32,000 nucleotides of DNA from Candidatus Thorarchaeota archaeon (GCA_003345555.1 PRDJ01000012.1:12280-44279), one strand, 5' to 3'. Positions 1-9,561 are shown, counted from the stretch's first letter. Numbers and translations are program-made. Notes: a model not told the origin generated them from the sequence alone.

Positions 1-1754
1 CCATCTCCGAACAGCGACGAATGCCATATGATTTCTAGGGCCTGATTCATTGGGACAACAGTCGTGATGTTGGGAATACTCTGGATTTCTGATATAATCT
101 CTAAGTCAGCAGGTGGGTTCATGTAGACAACTACATTCGCAGACGTAGTCTGTCCCGCAATGTTCCTCTTCCATGATTCCGTTATCACATATCCAACATT
201 GGTGGATGCGAAATATAGGACAGTGGAAGAGGCAAACAGGTTGAATACTACTAGGCCTGCAAGGGTGTTTCGTCTCAGATTCCTACTCGAAAGGATCCTC
301 ACGACCTCCGATGCGCCTACCACGGCAGGCCAAAGAAACCTGCGAGAACTTGCAAGGTTCGGTGAAAGGGCGGCTACTAACAGGATTAGCGCCGGAATCG
401 AGAGTATGCGAATTGAGGCTATCTCAATGATGTGCAAATCGAGAAAATCAGAGACTGCTTGTAGTGCAACAATGGATGTAAGCGAGACAGCGACGGTGCC
501 CACAGCCGCCCGAACTCGTTTTCGACCTGACCTAGAGAGCAAGCGGCCAGCCCCGGCAGGGGGCAGGGCTCCCGACCCGAGACTAGTGGCAACGGACTCC
601 CTAGATGCGCGCCAAGCTGGCAAGTAGCCCGCCATTAAGGTCAGGGCAATACCAAACAGACAAGCTATAATCACACTGAGAGGGTCTACGGTCGCAAGAC
701 TCCTGAAGTATTGACTCATAATACCGACATAAGTGATTCGAGCGAGAAGGACTAGGAAGTTGAGGACAACAGTGCCAATCACGAGACCAAGGCCGATGCC
801 CAATGCGGCTCCGACGATACCGATTGTGCCGACTTCTGCAAGAAGAAGAACCAGAACATTTGATCTCGAAGCCCCGAAAGCAAGGACCACGCCAGTCTCG
901 TAGCGCCGCTGACTGAATATCATCGCGAATGAGGAGAATACCCTGAACACTGCTGTGAAAGATGACACAGCTACAAGTGCTAGCAGAACTGTCTGCGCTT
1001 GGCTAAGGAACAGTGATGAAAGCTTCAGGGGATAGACCTTGAGATTGGTGACCGTGAAACCCTCGCCGCACACTGCCTTTATGTAGTCTGTAGCGGCGGG
1101 TGCTGCAAAGACATCATAGAGCTCAATCAGTAACTTGTTACTGGAGTGTGCTTCGTATCTTATGCTGTAGATCTCCCATGCTCGCTCTAACGATATGAAA
1201 ACCACAGGGCCGATGACTCCTTTGTCAATGGCGAGACCGTAACCTGTTATGTTGAAGAAAGCAGCGGCAGCACTTGTGTGTAATGTGAGAAGATCGCCCA
1301 ACGAGACATTCAACAACTCGATGGCGTCCATTGTCAGAAAGCACCCGTCGCCTGAGATGTCAAGAGAACCAGCTGTTGCGTTCAAACTGCCTATGCCAGA
1401 TTCACTTTGCAGGTCGAGGCCCACCAGGAATACGTAGATTCCGCTGGTGAGATTCTCATACGTAGCATATTCCTCTATTCTGGGAATCGCTCTCATCACA
1501 CTGGGTCCACTAAGTATGTCTGACCTCATTTGTGTAGTAATCGGCTGCCCCCACCTCGTAGCTGACACCGATATGTCTACAGGGGAGAGTGTTGCTTTCA
1601 GAAAGAGGTTGGCGCTGTTCTCTAGGCTGCTGCTGGCAGAGAGAGCAGTATAAAGAAGACTCACCGAGATGGCAATCGACATCACCGTGACAGCGGCTAC
1701 TCTCTTCCGTCGCAACGCGTTTCTGAAACCTATGCGAGCCAGCTCTCGTACCAA
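1..1754 (-). CDS. MacB/FtsX-family ABC transporter permease, partial (3' end runs off the window start)
   Basis: Not in the ORF track. I translated segments of the minus strand in one frame: N-terminus (TTG ~1754) LVRELARIGFRNALRRKRVAAVTVMSIAISVSLLYTALS, FtsX-like RRYETGVVLAFGASRSNVLVLLL at ~840-910, and a stop-free frame at 1-120. The start codon is approximate and not every codon was checked. Confidence 0.85.
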   Translation of the reverse strand, partial: MVRELARIGFRNALRRKRVAAVTVMSIAISVSLLYTALSASSSLENSANLFLKATLSPVDISVSATRWGQPITTQMRSDILSGPSVMRAIPRIEEYATYENLTSGIYVFLVGLDLQSESGIGSLNATAGSLDISGDGCFLTMDAIELLNVSLGDLLTLHTSAAAAFFNITGYGLAIDKGVIGPVVFISLERAWEIYSIRYEAHSSNKLLIELYDVFAAPAATDYIKAVCGEGFTVTNLKVYPLKLSSLFLSQAQTVLLALVAVSSFTAVFRVFSSFAMIFSQRRYETGVVLAFGASRSNVLVLLLAEVGTIGIVGAALGIGLGLVIGTVVLNFLVLLARITYVGIMSQYFRSLATVDPLSVIIACLFGIALTLMAGYLPAWRASRESVATSLGSGALPPAGAGRLLSRSGRKRVRAAVGTVAVSLTSIVALQAVSDFLDLHIIEIASIRILSIPALILLVAALSPNLASSRRFLWPAVVGASEVVRILSSRNLRRNTLAGLVVFNLFASSTVLYFASTNVGYVITESWKRNIAGQTTSANVVVYMNPPADLEIISEIQSIPNITTVVPMNQALEIIWHSSLFGD

Positions 1755-1912
1755 AGTCTTCTTGGTTCCGTCGTGGTGATGGATTGGAACTGACCCTAGT
1801 ACCTTTTCAAGATTCCACTTACGAACCGCCCCATTTGCCCGGGCCCGTCGAAAGGTCCTTATGGGCCGATACACGAGGTCGACAATTAACATCGTCAGAA
1901 GGTTCCGACATC

Positions 1913-2464
1913 ATGCAATGGAGCAAGAGACTGACCACAATTGCGACGGTTCGAAACGTCTTACTGGGTCTTCTATTGGTTATCGTCCTCGGAGTCATAT
2001 TGATGGCCGTGATCCAGCCGCAGATGATGGCTTTGAGCGGTGGCCTGCCGATTCTCGACTTGCGCCTATTCTATACTCCAATGGATGTCAATCAGCTGTT
2101 CGCAGCCTTAGGTGACACCGGCCGTCTCCTATACACCTACCACCAAGTTGTTGATTCCTTCTTTCCAGCTACCTATGGTATCACCATTGTCCTTGCGCTT
2201 GTGAGATTGGTCAACAGAGTATCATCTGGACCAAGCAGGCTCAGAGTAATTGTGTTTGTTCCTATATTTGCCGCCATGGCAGACTATGCCGAAAATTGCT
2301 TAATTGCCACACAGCTTGCCACATTCCCCCTTCTCTCAGATGGAATCATAATGACAGCTGCAATCATGACAGTCACCAAATGGGTACTGATTGTCATTTC
2401 CCTTGCGGCGTTAATCGTGCTTGGTTTGGTGGCAATGAGGAAAGGAAAACAGGTTCACCCTTGA
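1913..2464 (+). CDS. Uncharacterised integral membrane protein (~4 TM)
   Basis: ORF 1784..2464; ATG at 1913 (MQWSKRL) is the more likely start. It has hydrophobic helices and the segment LDLRLFYT...LGDTGRLLY...DSFFP. Confidence 0.7.
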   Translation: MQWSKRLTTIATVRNVLLGLLLVIVLGVILMAVIQPQMMALSGGLPILDLRLFYTPMDVNQLFAALGDTGRLLYTYHQVVDSFFPATYGITIVLALVRLVNRVSSGPSRLRVIVFVPIFAAMADYAENCLIATQLATFPLLSDGIIMTAAIMTVTKWVLIVISLAALIVLGLVAMRKGKQVHP

Positions 2465-2564
2465 TGCGACCGACTGGCCAACAATGGGTATTTCGGGTTG
2501 AACCAAACACTTTTGAACGGTTAACAACGCGTCATCAGACACCAGCAATTAGGGCTTGGTCAAC

Positions 2565-4301
2565 ATGGACGAGAAGCTCCTCAAGCTTAGACACTCGCTG
2601 TCTCATGTCATGGCAGAAGCAGTGCTAAAGAAGTTCCCGGACGCGCTACTGGGAATAGGGCCAGCCATTGAAGAAGGGTTCTACTACGACTTTCTTCTGC
2701 CGCGAGCACTCACTCCTGAAGACCTTAATGAGATAGAGCAGGAAATGAGAAGAATCGTCAAGGGCAACATCAAGTTCGTCAGGAAAGAACTGTCACGAGC
2801 TGAAGCAAGAAAAGCCTTCAAGAACCAGAAGTTCAAGCTCGAACTGATTGATGAACTTCCCGAGGGAGAGACCATCTCCACCTATACGAGCGATACCTTC
2901 ACAGACCTTTGCAAGGGTCCTCACGTCGAAAGCACCAAGGAGATACCGGCCAATGCTTTCAAGCTCCTTGAGGCATCGGGCGCCTACTGGAGAGGCGATG
3001 AGAAGAACCCTCAGCTGCAGCGAATCTATGGAACCGCATTCTCATCCAAGAATGAACTCGATGAATACCTCAAGAGACTCGAAGAGATTAAGGAGAGAGA
3101 CCATCGCAAGCTAGGGAAGGATCTCGAGCTCTTCCATTTGTCCGATGAGATAGGAGCAGGCCTTGTTCTGTGGATGCCGAAGGGTGCAGCAGTCAGGATG
3201 GCTTTGGAGGAGTATTGGAAATCGGCCCATTTCAAAGCAGGGTATCAAGTTGTCTACTCGCCCCATATAGCTAAGCTTGACTTGTGGAAGACCAGCCATC
3301 ACTGGGAATTCTACCGAGAGAATATGTATTCACCAATGGAGATTGAGGGACAGGACTACGAACTCAAGCCGATGAATTGCCCCTTCCATCTGCAGATGTA
3401 CAAGATGCGGAAGAGGAGCTACCGGGAGCTACCGTTGAGGTGGGCTGAACTTGGAACCGTCTACCGATTCGAACGGTCAGGAGTATTGCATGGTCTAATG
3501 CGAGTCAGAGGATTCACTCAAGATGACGCTCATATCATAGTTACCCCCGAGCAGCTCGAGTCAGAACTCGTTAACATCCTCAACTTGAACTTGGAGATAC
3601 TCAGAACCTGTGGTTTCTCGGAATACGACATCTATCTTAGCACTATGCCGGACCACCATGTGGGTACCTACGAGAACTGGGAGAAGGCAACTAGTGCACT
3701 CAAGAGCGTACTTGAGAAGACGAATCTGCCTTACAAGATTGACCCCGGGGAGGGCGTGTTCTACGGTCCGAAGATTGACATCAAGATAAAGGACACTCTG
3801 GGCAGGGCTTGGCAATGCACGACCATTCAGGTTGACTTCAACCTTCCAGAGGCATTTCATATAACTTACGTCGGAGAAGATGGCCAAGAGCATCAGCCAA
3901 TCATGCTGCACAGGGCCCTTATGGGGTCGTTAGAACGGTTCTTCGGAGTTCTAATAGAGCATTACAAGGGTGCCTTTCCGGTTTGGATGGCTCCTGTCCA
4001 AGCAAGACTCATTCCAGTCACAGACAAGCAGACTGAGTACTGCCGCAGAGTCGTTGCCGAGCTTCGGGACATGGGAATACGCGCAGAGCTGGACGATGCA
4101 CCTGAGAGAATGCAGAAGAAGATAATGACTGCTCAACATGAGAAAGTTCCGTATCAACTTGTAGTTGGAGAGAGAGAGGCGGGACAGGAACAGGTGGCTG
4201 TCAGACTTCGCACAAATGAAGACCTAGGGCCAATGCCACTTGCTGATTTCAAGCGCATGATACGGCGAATCATTGACGAGCGTTCAGCCTCGCTCAAGTA
4301 G
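2565..4301 (+). CDS. thrS: Threonyl-tRNA synthetase, bacterial type (N2 editing domain, no TGS domain)
   Basis: Editing motifs RHSLSH and DLCKGPH; Zn-ligand motifs KPMNCP, QDDAH and LHRA; class II motif YRFERSG; C-terminal anticodon-binding domain. ATG at 2565, alternative TTG at 2556. Confidence 0.97.
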   Translation: MDEKLLKLRHSLSHVMAEAVLKKFPDALLGIGPAIEEGFYYDFLLPRALTPEDLNEIEQEMRRIVKGNIKFVRKELSRAEARKAFKNQKFKLELIDELPEGETISTYTSDTFTDLCKGPHVESTKEIPANAFKLLEASGAYWRGDEKNPQLQRIYGTAFSSKNELDEYLKRLEEIKERDHRKLGKDLELFHLSDEIGAGLVLWMPKGAAVRMALEEYWKSAHFKAGYQVVYSPHIAKLDLWKTSHHWEFYRENMYSPMEIEGQDYELKPMNCPFHLQMYKMRKRSYRELPLRWAELGTVYRFERSGVLHGLMRVRGFTQDDAHIIVTPEQLESELVNILNLNLEILRTCGFSEYDIYLSTMPDHHVGTYENWEKATSALKSVLEKTNLPYKIDPGEGVFYGPKIDIKIKDTLGRAWQCTTIQVDFNLPEAFHITYVGEDGQEHQPIMLHRALMGSLERFFGVLIEHYKGAFPVWMAPVQARLIPVTDKQTEYCRRVVAELRDMGIRAELDDAPERMQKKIMTAQHEKVPYQLVVGEREAGQEQVAVRLRTNEDLGPMPLADFKRMIRRIIDERSASLK

Positions 4302-4367
4302 ACCTGGACTCCTGCACATCAATGGGAACGATTCGTCCTCCCATCTACGTTGATGAGTTGGAACTAC

Positions 4368-4374
4368 TTATATA
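4368..4374 (+). promoter_or_regulatory. Candidate archaeal TATA box of the dpp/opp operon
   Basis: TTATATA lies in the thrS-dppA intergenic region about 90 nt upstream of the GTG at 4461. A GGAGG site is at 4446-4450. Confidence 0.55.
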
Positions 4375-4460
4375 CAAGTGGAGCTAAGAGTGGTGAACAC
4401 ACCGCAATTGCCTTGCGATTGCGCTGGTTAAGCTTGGTTACTAATGGAGGATTTCCATAA

Positions 4461-6098
4461 GTGCAGAAAAATCAAATGACAGCGATTGTGGTCATAATAG
4501 TGGTCATCGCCGGAGCGGCAGGTGCGTACTATTTCTTAGCACCTCCTGCTAGTGTAACCATTGTCATAGGTACTACCGACTCTGTCGAGGCGGCTCTGGA
4601 CATGGCCCTAGCCTATGACTACTTTGGCTGGGAACTCATAACGTGCCTCAGCGCGGGGCTCGTTGACATAAGACCCGGATCGCAGGCTGGAGCCTCTGAC
4701 ATAATCCCTGCCTTAGCGACGGATTGGATTATGAGTGGCGAGGGTAAAATCTGGGACTTTGAGCTGCGAACTGGTGTGACCTACGATGGTGTCAGACCCT
4801 TCAATGCGACCTGTGTCAAGTACACCTTTGATAGGAACTGCAACTTGACAGGCGTGGGTCTATACGAACCAGACGGCCCACAGCTAAACATGGACTACCA
4901 GGGTATAATAAAGAACGTCACCATACTGGAAACCTACAAGGTCAGGTTCAACCTCAAGATTGCATTTGCACCATTCTTGCAGCTCTTGGCTTGTGCTGCA
5001 TCCTACATAGTGGATCCAGTGCGTGCTCCGATGAAGCAAGTCATCATGTACAATGGCACAAACTTGGCCGGGAGTACGTCTTGCGGACTGGGACCGTATG
5101 TGCTTGAGAAGTGGGATCGTTCGGGAACCATCGACAAGGAGGTATGGCTGAAGAAGAACCCCTACTACTGGAACGTAACAGGTGGTATTCCGAAGAATAC
5201 TGAAATCATCATAAAGAAGTACACCGATGCTACATCGTTGGCCACGGCCATGGCTGCTCTCGAGATCGACATTGCATACAGGCAGTTGCTGCCTGAGCAG
5301 GTCCAAGCCTTCGAGAACAACACGAGCGTTAAGGTGTGGAAAGGGATAGGAGCACAGATTCAGTATATGTGCTTCCAGCAGAGAATCTACCCATTCAACG
5401 AGACGGATGTGAGGATAGCTGTTGCTGCCTGCCTGAACAGGACTAACATCTGCAGTACTGTGTTCCGTGGTACGGCCGACCCGCTGTACAGCATAATCCC
5501 GAACGGAATGGCGTATCACAAGAGCTCCTTCGCGAAGTATGGCACAGCCAACTATACATATGCAGCTAGCCTTCTAGCGCCATTCGGGTACAATGCCACG
5601 AATCACCTCGTCATAGACTTCTGGTACGAGAGCTCAGGACACTATCCGTCAAGTGCTCAACAAGCCTTGGTCTATGAATCCGACTTCGAAGAGAGCAACG
5701 TAATAGATGTCAATCTTCATGGAGTGGACTGGGGTACCTACAAGGGCCTTAGAGACAACGGAACAATGCCGGTGTTCGTGTACGGATGGTACCCAGACTT
5801 CGTGGACCCCGACAACTACGGCTTCCTGCCATTTGCGGCTTGGTTGAACATGGACTACGACAGCACACATCCACAAGGCGGTATCGACATGAACAAGTAC
5901 TGGACAGATGCTCGAAGTGCGACAACGAGTGCAGGCCGTCTTGGCAACTATACTGCTCTGCAGGATCTGCAGGCCTCTGAATGTTCGGTTGTGCCTCTCT
6001 GGCAGAAGAGCACTGAGGCTGTGACTAAGCTCGACATAAAGGGCATAGTCTTTGACATAACTGTCAACTGGCGCAACTGGCTCCTGTATAGAGGGTAA
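4461..6098 (+). CDS. dppA: Peptide/oligopeptide ABC transporter solute-binding protein (SBP family 5), N-terminal membrane anchor
   Basis: PALATDW...WDFELRTGVTY, GLGPYVLEKW and GWYPDFVDPDNY match family 5 SBPs. It is the first gene of a five-gene ABC operon. Confidence 0.9.
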   Translation: MQKNQMTAIVVIIVVIAGAAGAYYFLAPPASVTIVIGTTDSVEAALDMALAYDYFGWELITCLSAGLVDIRPGSQAGASDIIPALATDWIMSGEGKIWDFELRTGVTYDGVRPFNATCVKYTFDRNCNLTGVGLYEPDGPQLNMDYQGIIKNVTILETYKVRFNLKIAFAPFLQLLACAASYIVDPVRAPMKQVIMYNGTNLAGSTSCGLGPYVLEKWDRSGTIDKEVWLKKNPYYWNVTGGIPKNTEIIIKKYTDATSLATAMAALEIDIAYRQLLPEQVQAFENNTSVKVWKGIGAQIQYMCFQQRIYPFNETDVRIAVAACLNRTNICSTVFRGTADPLYSIIPNGMAYHKSSFAKYGTANYTYAASLLAPFGYNATNHLVIDFWYESSGHYPSSAQQALVYESDFEESNVIDVNLHGVDWGTYKGLRDNGTMPVFVYGWYPDFVDPDNYGFLPFAAWLNMDYDSTHPQGGIDMNKYWTDARSATTSAGRLGNYTALQDLQASECSVVPLWQKSTEAVTKLDIKGIVFDITVNWRNWLLYRG

Positions 6099-6130
6099 GT
6101 ACGCAGTATTCCACATACAATGGTTGAAGA

Positions 6131-6213
6131 GTGCTACCAAGCTGAGTAGACGGTTCGGTGGCTCTATCCGTAGGGCTTAAGAACCACTACTATCTGGGAC
6201 AGCTTGGTAGCAC
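6131..6213 (+). other. Long intergenic RNA stem-loop between dppA and dppB
   Basis: Perfect 14-bp inverted repeat GTGCTACCAAGCTG (6131-6144) / CAGCTTGGTAGCAC (6200-6213). It encloses nested stems AGTAG/CTACT, GGTTC/GAACC and GCTCTA/TAGGGC with a TCCG loop. Confidence 0.8.
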
Positions 6214-6243
6214 AACGTTTTCTTTCCCAGAAAGGTGAACCTC

Positions 6244-7263
6244 GTGACTCTAAGATCCTACGTCGTTAGCCGTCTCCTATTGACCATACCAATGATTATG
6301 CTGCTCGTTACACTGGTCTTCATCATACTCAGAATCGTGCCCGGTGACCCGGCCTCTCTGCATTTCGAGAAACACGTCGATCCCGTTGTCCTTGCGGCAT
6401 TCCGCCACGAGTTCGGTCTTGACTTGCCAATATGGGAGCAATACGTCAACTACCTTGCTTCCCTGTTCCGCCTTGACCTCGGCGTGTCGATGGGATCAAG
6501 CCGAACCCCCATAGTCTATGCCATAGTGACCAGGTTTCCTGCTACACTTGAGCTGGCAATTTACTCCATGCTGTTTGCAGTTCTCTTTGGCATTGCGCTC
6601 GGCATCAAGTCCTCGAAGAAATACGGATCGGCCACAGATACGTCAATACGCCTTTTTGGCATCATCACATATGCGATTCCTGTCTTCTTCCTAGGCTCTG
6701 TGCTCCAGATAATCTTCGCAGTATGGCTACATTGGGTTCCAAGCGGCGGACGATTTGAGAATGCATTTCTAGCCTATCAGCCTCCAACAATAACGGGCTT
6801 GTACACGATTGACAGTCTCCTGACCGGAAACCTGTTCGCCTTCGTTGTGTCACTCAAGTGTCTGATATTGCCATCTGTCACACTCGGGACTGTCTTGTGC
6901 GGCATCTTTGTTCGCTTGACTCGTACGAATATGCTTGAAACTCTCAGGATGGACTTTGTCGTGGCCGCAGAGGCTAGAGGTCTCCCTGAGAACGTCGTAA
7001 CAATGAGCTACGCTTTCAAGAATGCATTCTTGCCCATTCTCACGATGATAGGTCTACAGTTCGCGGCCCTTTTGGCAGGGGCAGTCCTCACAGAGACGAC
7101 TTTCAACTGGCAGGGCCTTGGGACCTTCCTCGTTGATAGCATCAATTCGCGTGACTATACTGCGGTTCAAGGGATTGTCGTATTCTTCGGAGTTCTTGTG
7201 ACGCTCGTGAGCCTTGTGGTCGACCTGTTCTATGCGTACCTCGACCCACGAATCAGACTATAG
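6244..7263 (+). CDS. dppB: Peptide ABC transporter permease (DppB/OppB family)
   Basis: Motifs IVPGDPA, GLDLPIWEQY, TRFPATLELA, the EAA loop RTNMLETLRMDFVVAAEARGL, and GAVLTETTFNWQGLG. Start is GTG 6244 (AGGTG upstream) or GTG 6235. Confidence 0.95.
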   Translation: MTLRSYVVSRLLLTIPMIMLLVTLVFIILRIVPGDPASLHFEKHVDPVVLAAFRHEFGLDLPIWEQYVNYLASLFRLDLGVSMGSSRTPIVYAIVTRFPATLELAIYSMLFAVLFGIALGIKSSKKYGSATDTSIRLFGIITYAIPVFFLGSVLQIIFAVWLHWVPSGGRFENAFLAYQPPTITGLYTIDSLLTGNLFAFVVSLKCLILPSVTLGTVLCGIFVRLTRTNMLETLRMDFVVAAEARGLPENVVTMSYAFKNAFLPILTMIGLQFAALLAGAVLTETTFNWQGLGTFLVDSINSRDYTAVQGIVVFFGVLVTLVSLVVDLFYAYLDPRIRL

Positions 7264-7268
7264 GAGGT
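7262..7268 (+). promoter_or_regulatory. Ribosome-binding site of dppC
   Basis: AGGAGGT 6 nt upstream of the ATG at 7275. Confidence 0.7.
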
Positions 7269-7274
7269 CCATCG

Positions 7275-8540
7275 ATGAGCAGTGACACATCTATTCACGG
7301 CATCTTCCTAAGCCTAAAGTCAGTCAGCGGAGACCTTCAGAGTCGTTCGTTTCGTTGGTGGGTCGGCTTTTTCATTGTGACAGGTCTTTCGCTCTCTGTC
7401 ATTGTCGGTCTGCTAATTGTTGCCCTATCCTCGAATAGTGAACTGGGACTGCAAGCCGTTGTGGGCACAGTGGTTATCGCGTCTGTATTTCAGGTCGCGT
7501 ACAAGCTTCAGAAACGAAGCGTAGCAGCGGGCCGACTCAAGCGCATGGAAGGTCGCACTATCTGTGCAGCCGTATTTCTCGTTACCAGTGCGGAAGTTGT
7601 TCTATGGGCTCTGTCCGCAATCCCCACCGTGGCTCGCGCCTTTTCGGTCGCAGTAATTCTGGGGGGCTTCCTCGTTGCAGTCATCATGCTTCTAATCCTT
7701 GAGGGGTACCCGATACTCAAGGTGCGTGGGTCAGCGGGCTACATCGCAGAAGCAGGATTACTGATAGTCTTCTCAATGGCTTATATGACAGTGATTTCGT
7801 CCTGGATATCGCCCTTCTTGGCCACTAAGATTAATGTGGGCCCGATACTATCACCACCGTCGCTTGCCTATCCCCTTGGAACAACGTCGCTAGGTCAGGA
7901 TCTTCTGAGCAGGGTCCTGACAGGGGGATCTATCATGCTTCAAGTGGCAATCTTATCTGTTATAGTATGCTTTTCGATTGGCGTACCTTTGGCGCTCGCT
8001 GCCTCGTACAGGGGTGGAGTCGCAGACCGCGCGGCATCTCTCGTAATGGACAGCATATACGCATTTCCGGGCCTCGTCTTGGCAATCGCCATTTCAGCGA
8101 TGCTTGGGCCCGGTGTAATCAACATGGCCCTGTCCATCGCAGTCGTCTACATTCCATCCTATTTCAGAGTTGTACGGAGTCAGGTACTGACAATCAAGGA
8201 GTTGCCATATGTCGAAGCCGCAGTAGCTATGGGAGCCCGAAGCCGAGACATTGTGTTCAGGTACATACTGCCGAACCTTCTGCCCTCAGCCGTTGTTGTC
8301 ATGACTATCAATTTCGCAGATGCCATATTGACCGAGGCAGGCCTCACCTTTGTCGGGCTCGGCCTTCCAGTAAATGTGCCTGACTGGGGCTGGGATCTCA
8401 CTTTCGGACGAACGCAGCTAATAACCGGCGCATGGTGGGTAATTGCGTTCCCTGGTCTCATGATAGTGTTGCTGGCCCTTGGATTTACCCTTGCAGGGGA
8501 AGGGTTGAACGAAGTCCTTACACCCAAGCTCAAGGAGTGA
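7275..8540 (+). CDS. dppC: Peptide ABC transporter permease (DppC/OppC family) with an N-terminal membrane extension
   Basis: Motifs YPLGTTSLGQDLLSR, the EAA loop KELPYVEAAVAMGA, ILTEAGLTFVGLG, PDWG and AWWVIAFPG. Confidence 0.93.
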   Translation: MSSDTSIHGIFLSLKSVSGDLQSRSFRWWVGFFIVTGLSLSVIVGLLIVALSSNSELGLQAVVGTVVIASVFQVAYKLQKRSVAAGRLKRMEGRTICAAVFLVTSAEVVLWALSAIPTVARAFSVAVILGGFLVAVIMLLILEGYPILKVRGSAGYIAEAGLLIVFSMAYMTVISSWISPFLATKINVGPILSPPSLAYPLGTTSLGQDLLSRVLTGGSIMLQVAILSVIVCFSIGVPLALAASYRGGVADRAASLVMDSIYAFPGLVLAIAISAMLGPGVINMALSIAVVYIPSYFRVVRSQVLTIKELPYVEAAVAMGARSRDIVFRYILPNLLPSAVVVMTINFADAILTEAGLTFVGLGLPVNVPDWGWDLTFGRTQLITGAWWVIAFPGLMIVLLALGFTLAGEGLNEVLTPKLKE

Positions 8541-8547
8541 GACCGCA

Positions 8548-9558
8548 TTGGGGATAGTTCTAAACATCCAAGACCTGACAGTGACCTACAAAACTCGAAG
8601 AGGAACGGCCTGCGGTGTCAATAACGTGTCGCTGGAACTCGAAGAGAACAGGACACTTGGATTGGCAGGCGAATCGGGCTGTGGCAAGTCCACACTCGGC
8701 AGGGCGATAATGCGACTCGTACCGTATCCTGGGCGGATAGTAAACGGCAGCATCATCCTTGACATTGACAGGGACATCGAGTATCAGGGGGGCTTCATCG
8801 GCAAAGGTCCGAAGGATCTGATGGAGTTTTCTGAAAACGAGATGAGGGCCCTCCGCGGAGAGGAAATGGCCTACATTTTCCAAGATCCTATGACATCCCT
8901 GAACCCAATGAAGACCATTGGCAGTCACTTCGTGGAGCTCGTGAAGGCTCATTACCCGACCATGGAGAAGGCCGAGGCAATAGAGAGGGCCAAGGAGATA
9001 CTTGAGAACCTTGGCATTCTGCCGGAACGTGTCGACGACTATCCTCATCAGTTCAGCGGAGGGATGCGCCAAAGAGTCATGATTGGGTTGGGACTTGCAC
9101 TTCGACCCCGGCTGCTTATCGCCGATGAGCCTACTACATCATTAGATGTTATAGTCGAGGCACAAATCCTTCAGCAGATGGCTCAGCTCAAGGAGAAGTT
9201 CAACCTTACGATGATGCTCATCACTCACAACCTGGGTGTACTTGCCCAGACTGCAGATAGCATCGCAATCATGTATGCCGGGAGAATCGTCGAGGTTGCC
9301 GATACGGGCGCATTGTTCGAACGTCCTCAGCACCCTTATACCAAGGCACTGCTGGAATCAGTACCCGACGTCACCAAGCCAGAGAAAACTCTCTGCTGCA
9401 TTCCCGGGTCCCCGCCGGACCTTATTCAGCCGATCTCTGGATGCCCCTATGGTCCCAGATGTGCACAAATGAAGGACACATGCAGGAGGATAGAACCTCT
9501 GCTTGTTCGAAGTAGTACTGGAGGACTTGTGGCCTGCAATCAGTATACAGGAGACTAG
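8548..9558 (+). CDS. dppD: Peptide ABC transporter ATPase (DppD/OppD)
   Basis: Walker A GESGCGKS, signature FSGGMRQR, Walker B IADEPTT, H-loop ITHN, and a C-terminal Cys-rich domain. Confidence 0.95.
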   Translation: MGIVLNIQDLTVTYKTRRGTACGVNNVSLELEENRTLGLAGESGCGKSTLGRAIMRLVPYPGRIVNGSIILDIDRDIEYQGGFIGKGPKDLMEFSENEMRALRGEEMAYIFQDPMTSLNPMKTIGSHFVELVKAHYPTMEKAEAIERAKEILENLGILPERVDDYPHQFSGGMRQRVMIGLGLALRPRLLIADEPTTSLDVIVEAQILQQMAQLKEKFNLTMMLITHNLGVLAQTADSIAIMYAGRIVEVADTGALFERPQHPYTKALLESVPDVTKPEKTLCCIPGSPPDLIQPISGCPYGPRCAQMKDTCRRIEPLLVRSSTGGLVACNQYTGD

Positions 9559-9561
9559 CAG

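Noticed and set aside
160-1653. Plus-strand ORFs 160..627, 1249..1437 and 1447..1653
   Set aside because: They are antisense shadows of the minus-strand ABC permease and have no motifs.
4403-4423. Small leader hairpin CGCAATTG...CGATTGCG upstream of dppA
   Set aside because: It is short, includes a wobble pair and matches no known riboswitch motif.
6131-6213. Interpretation of the hairpin as a SECIS element, tRNA or MITE
   Set aside because: dppA has no in-frame TGA, there is no cloverleaf or T-loop consensus, and there is no target-site duplication or second copy in the window.
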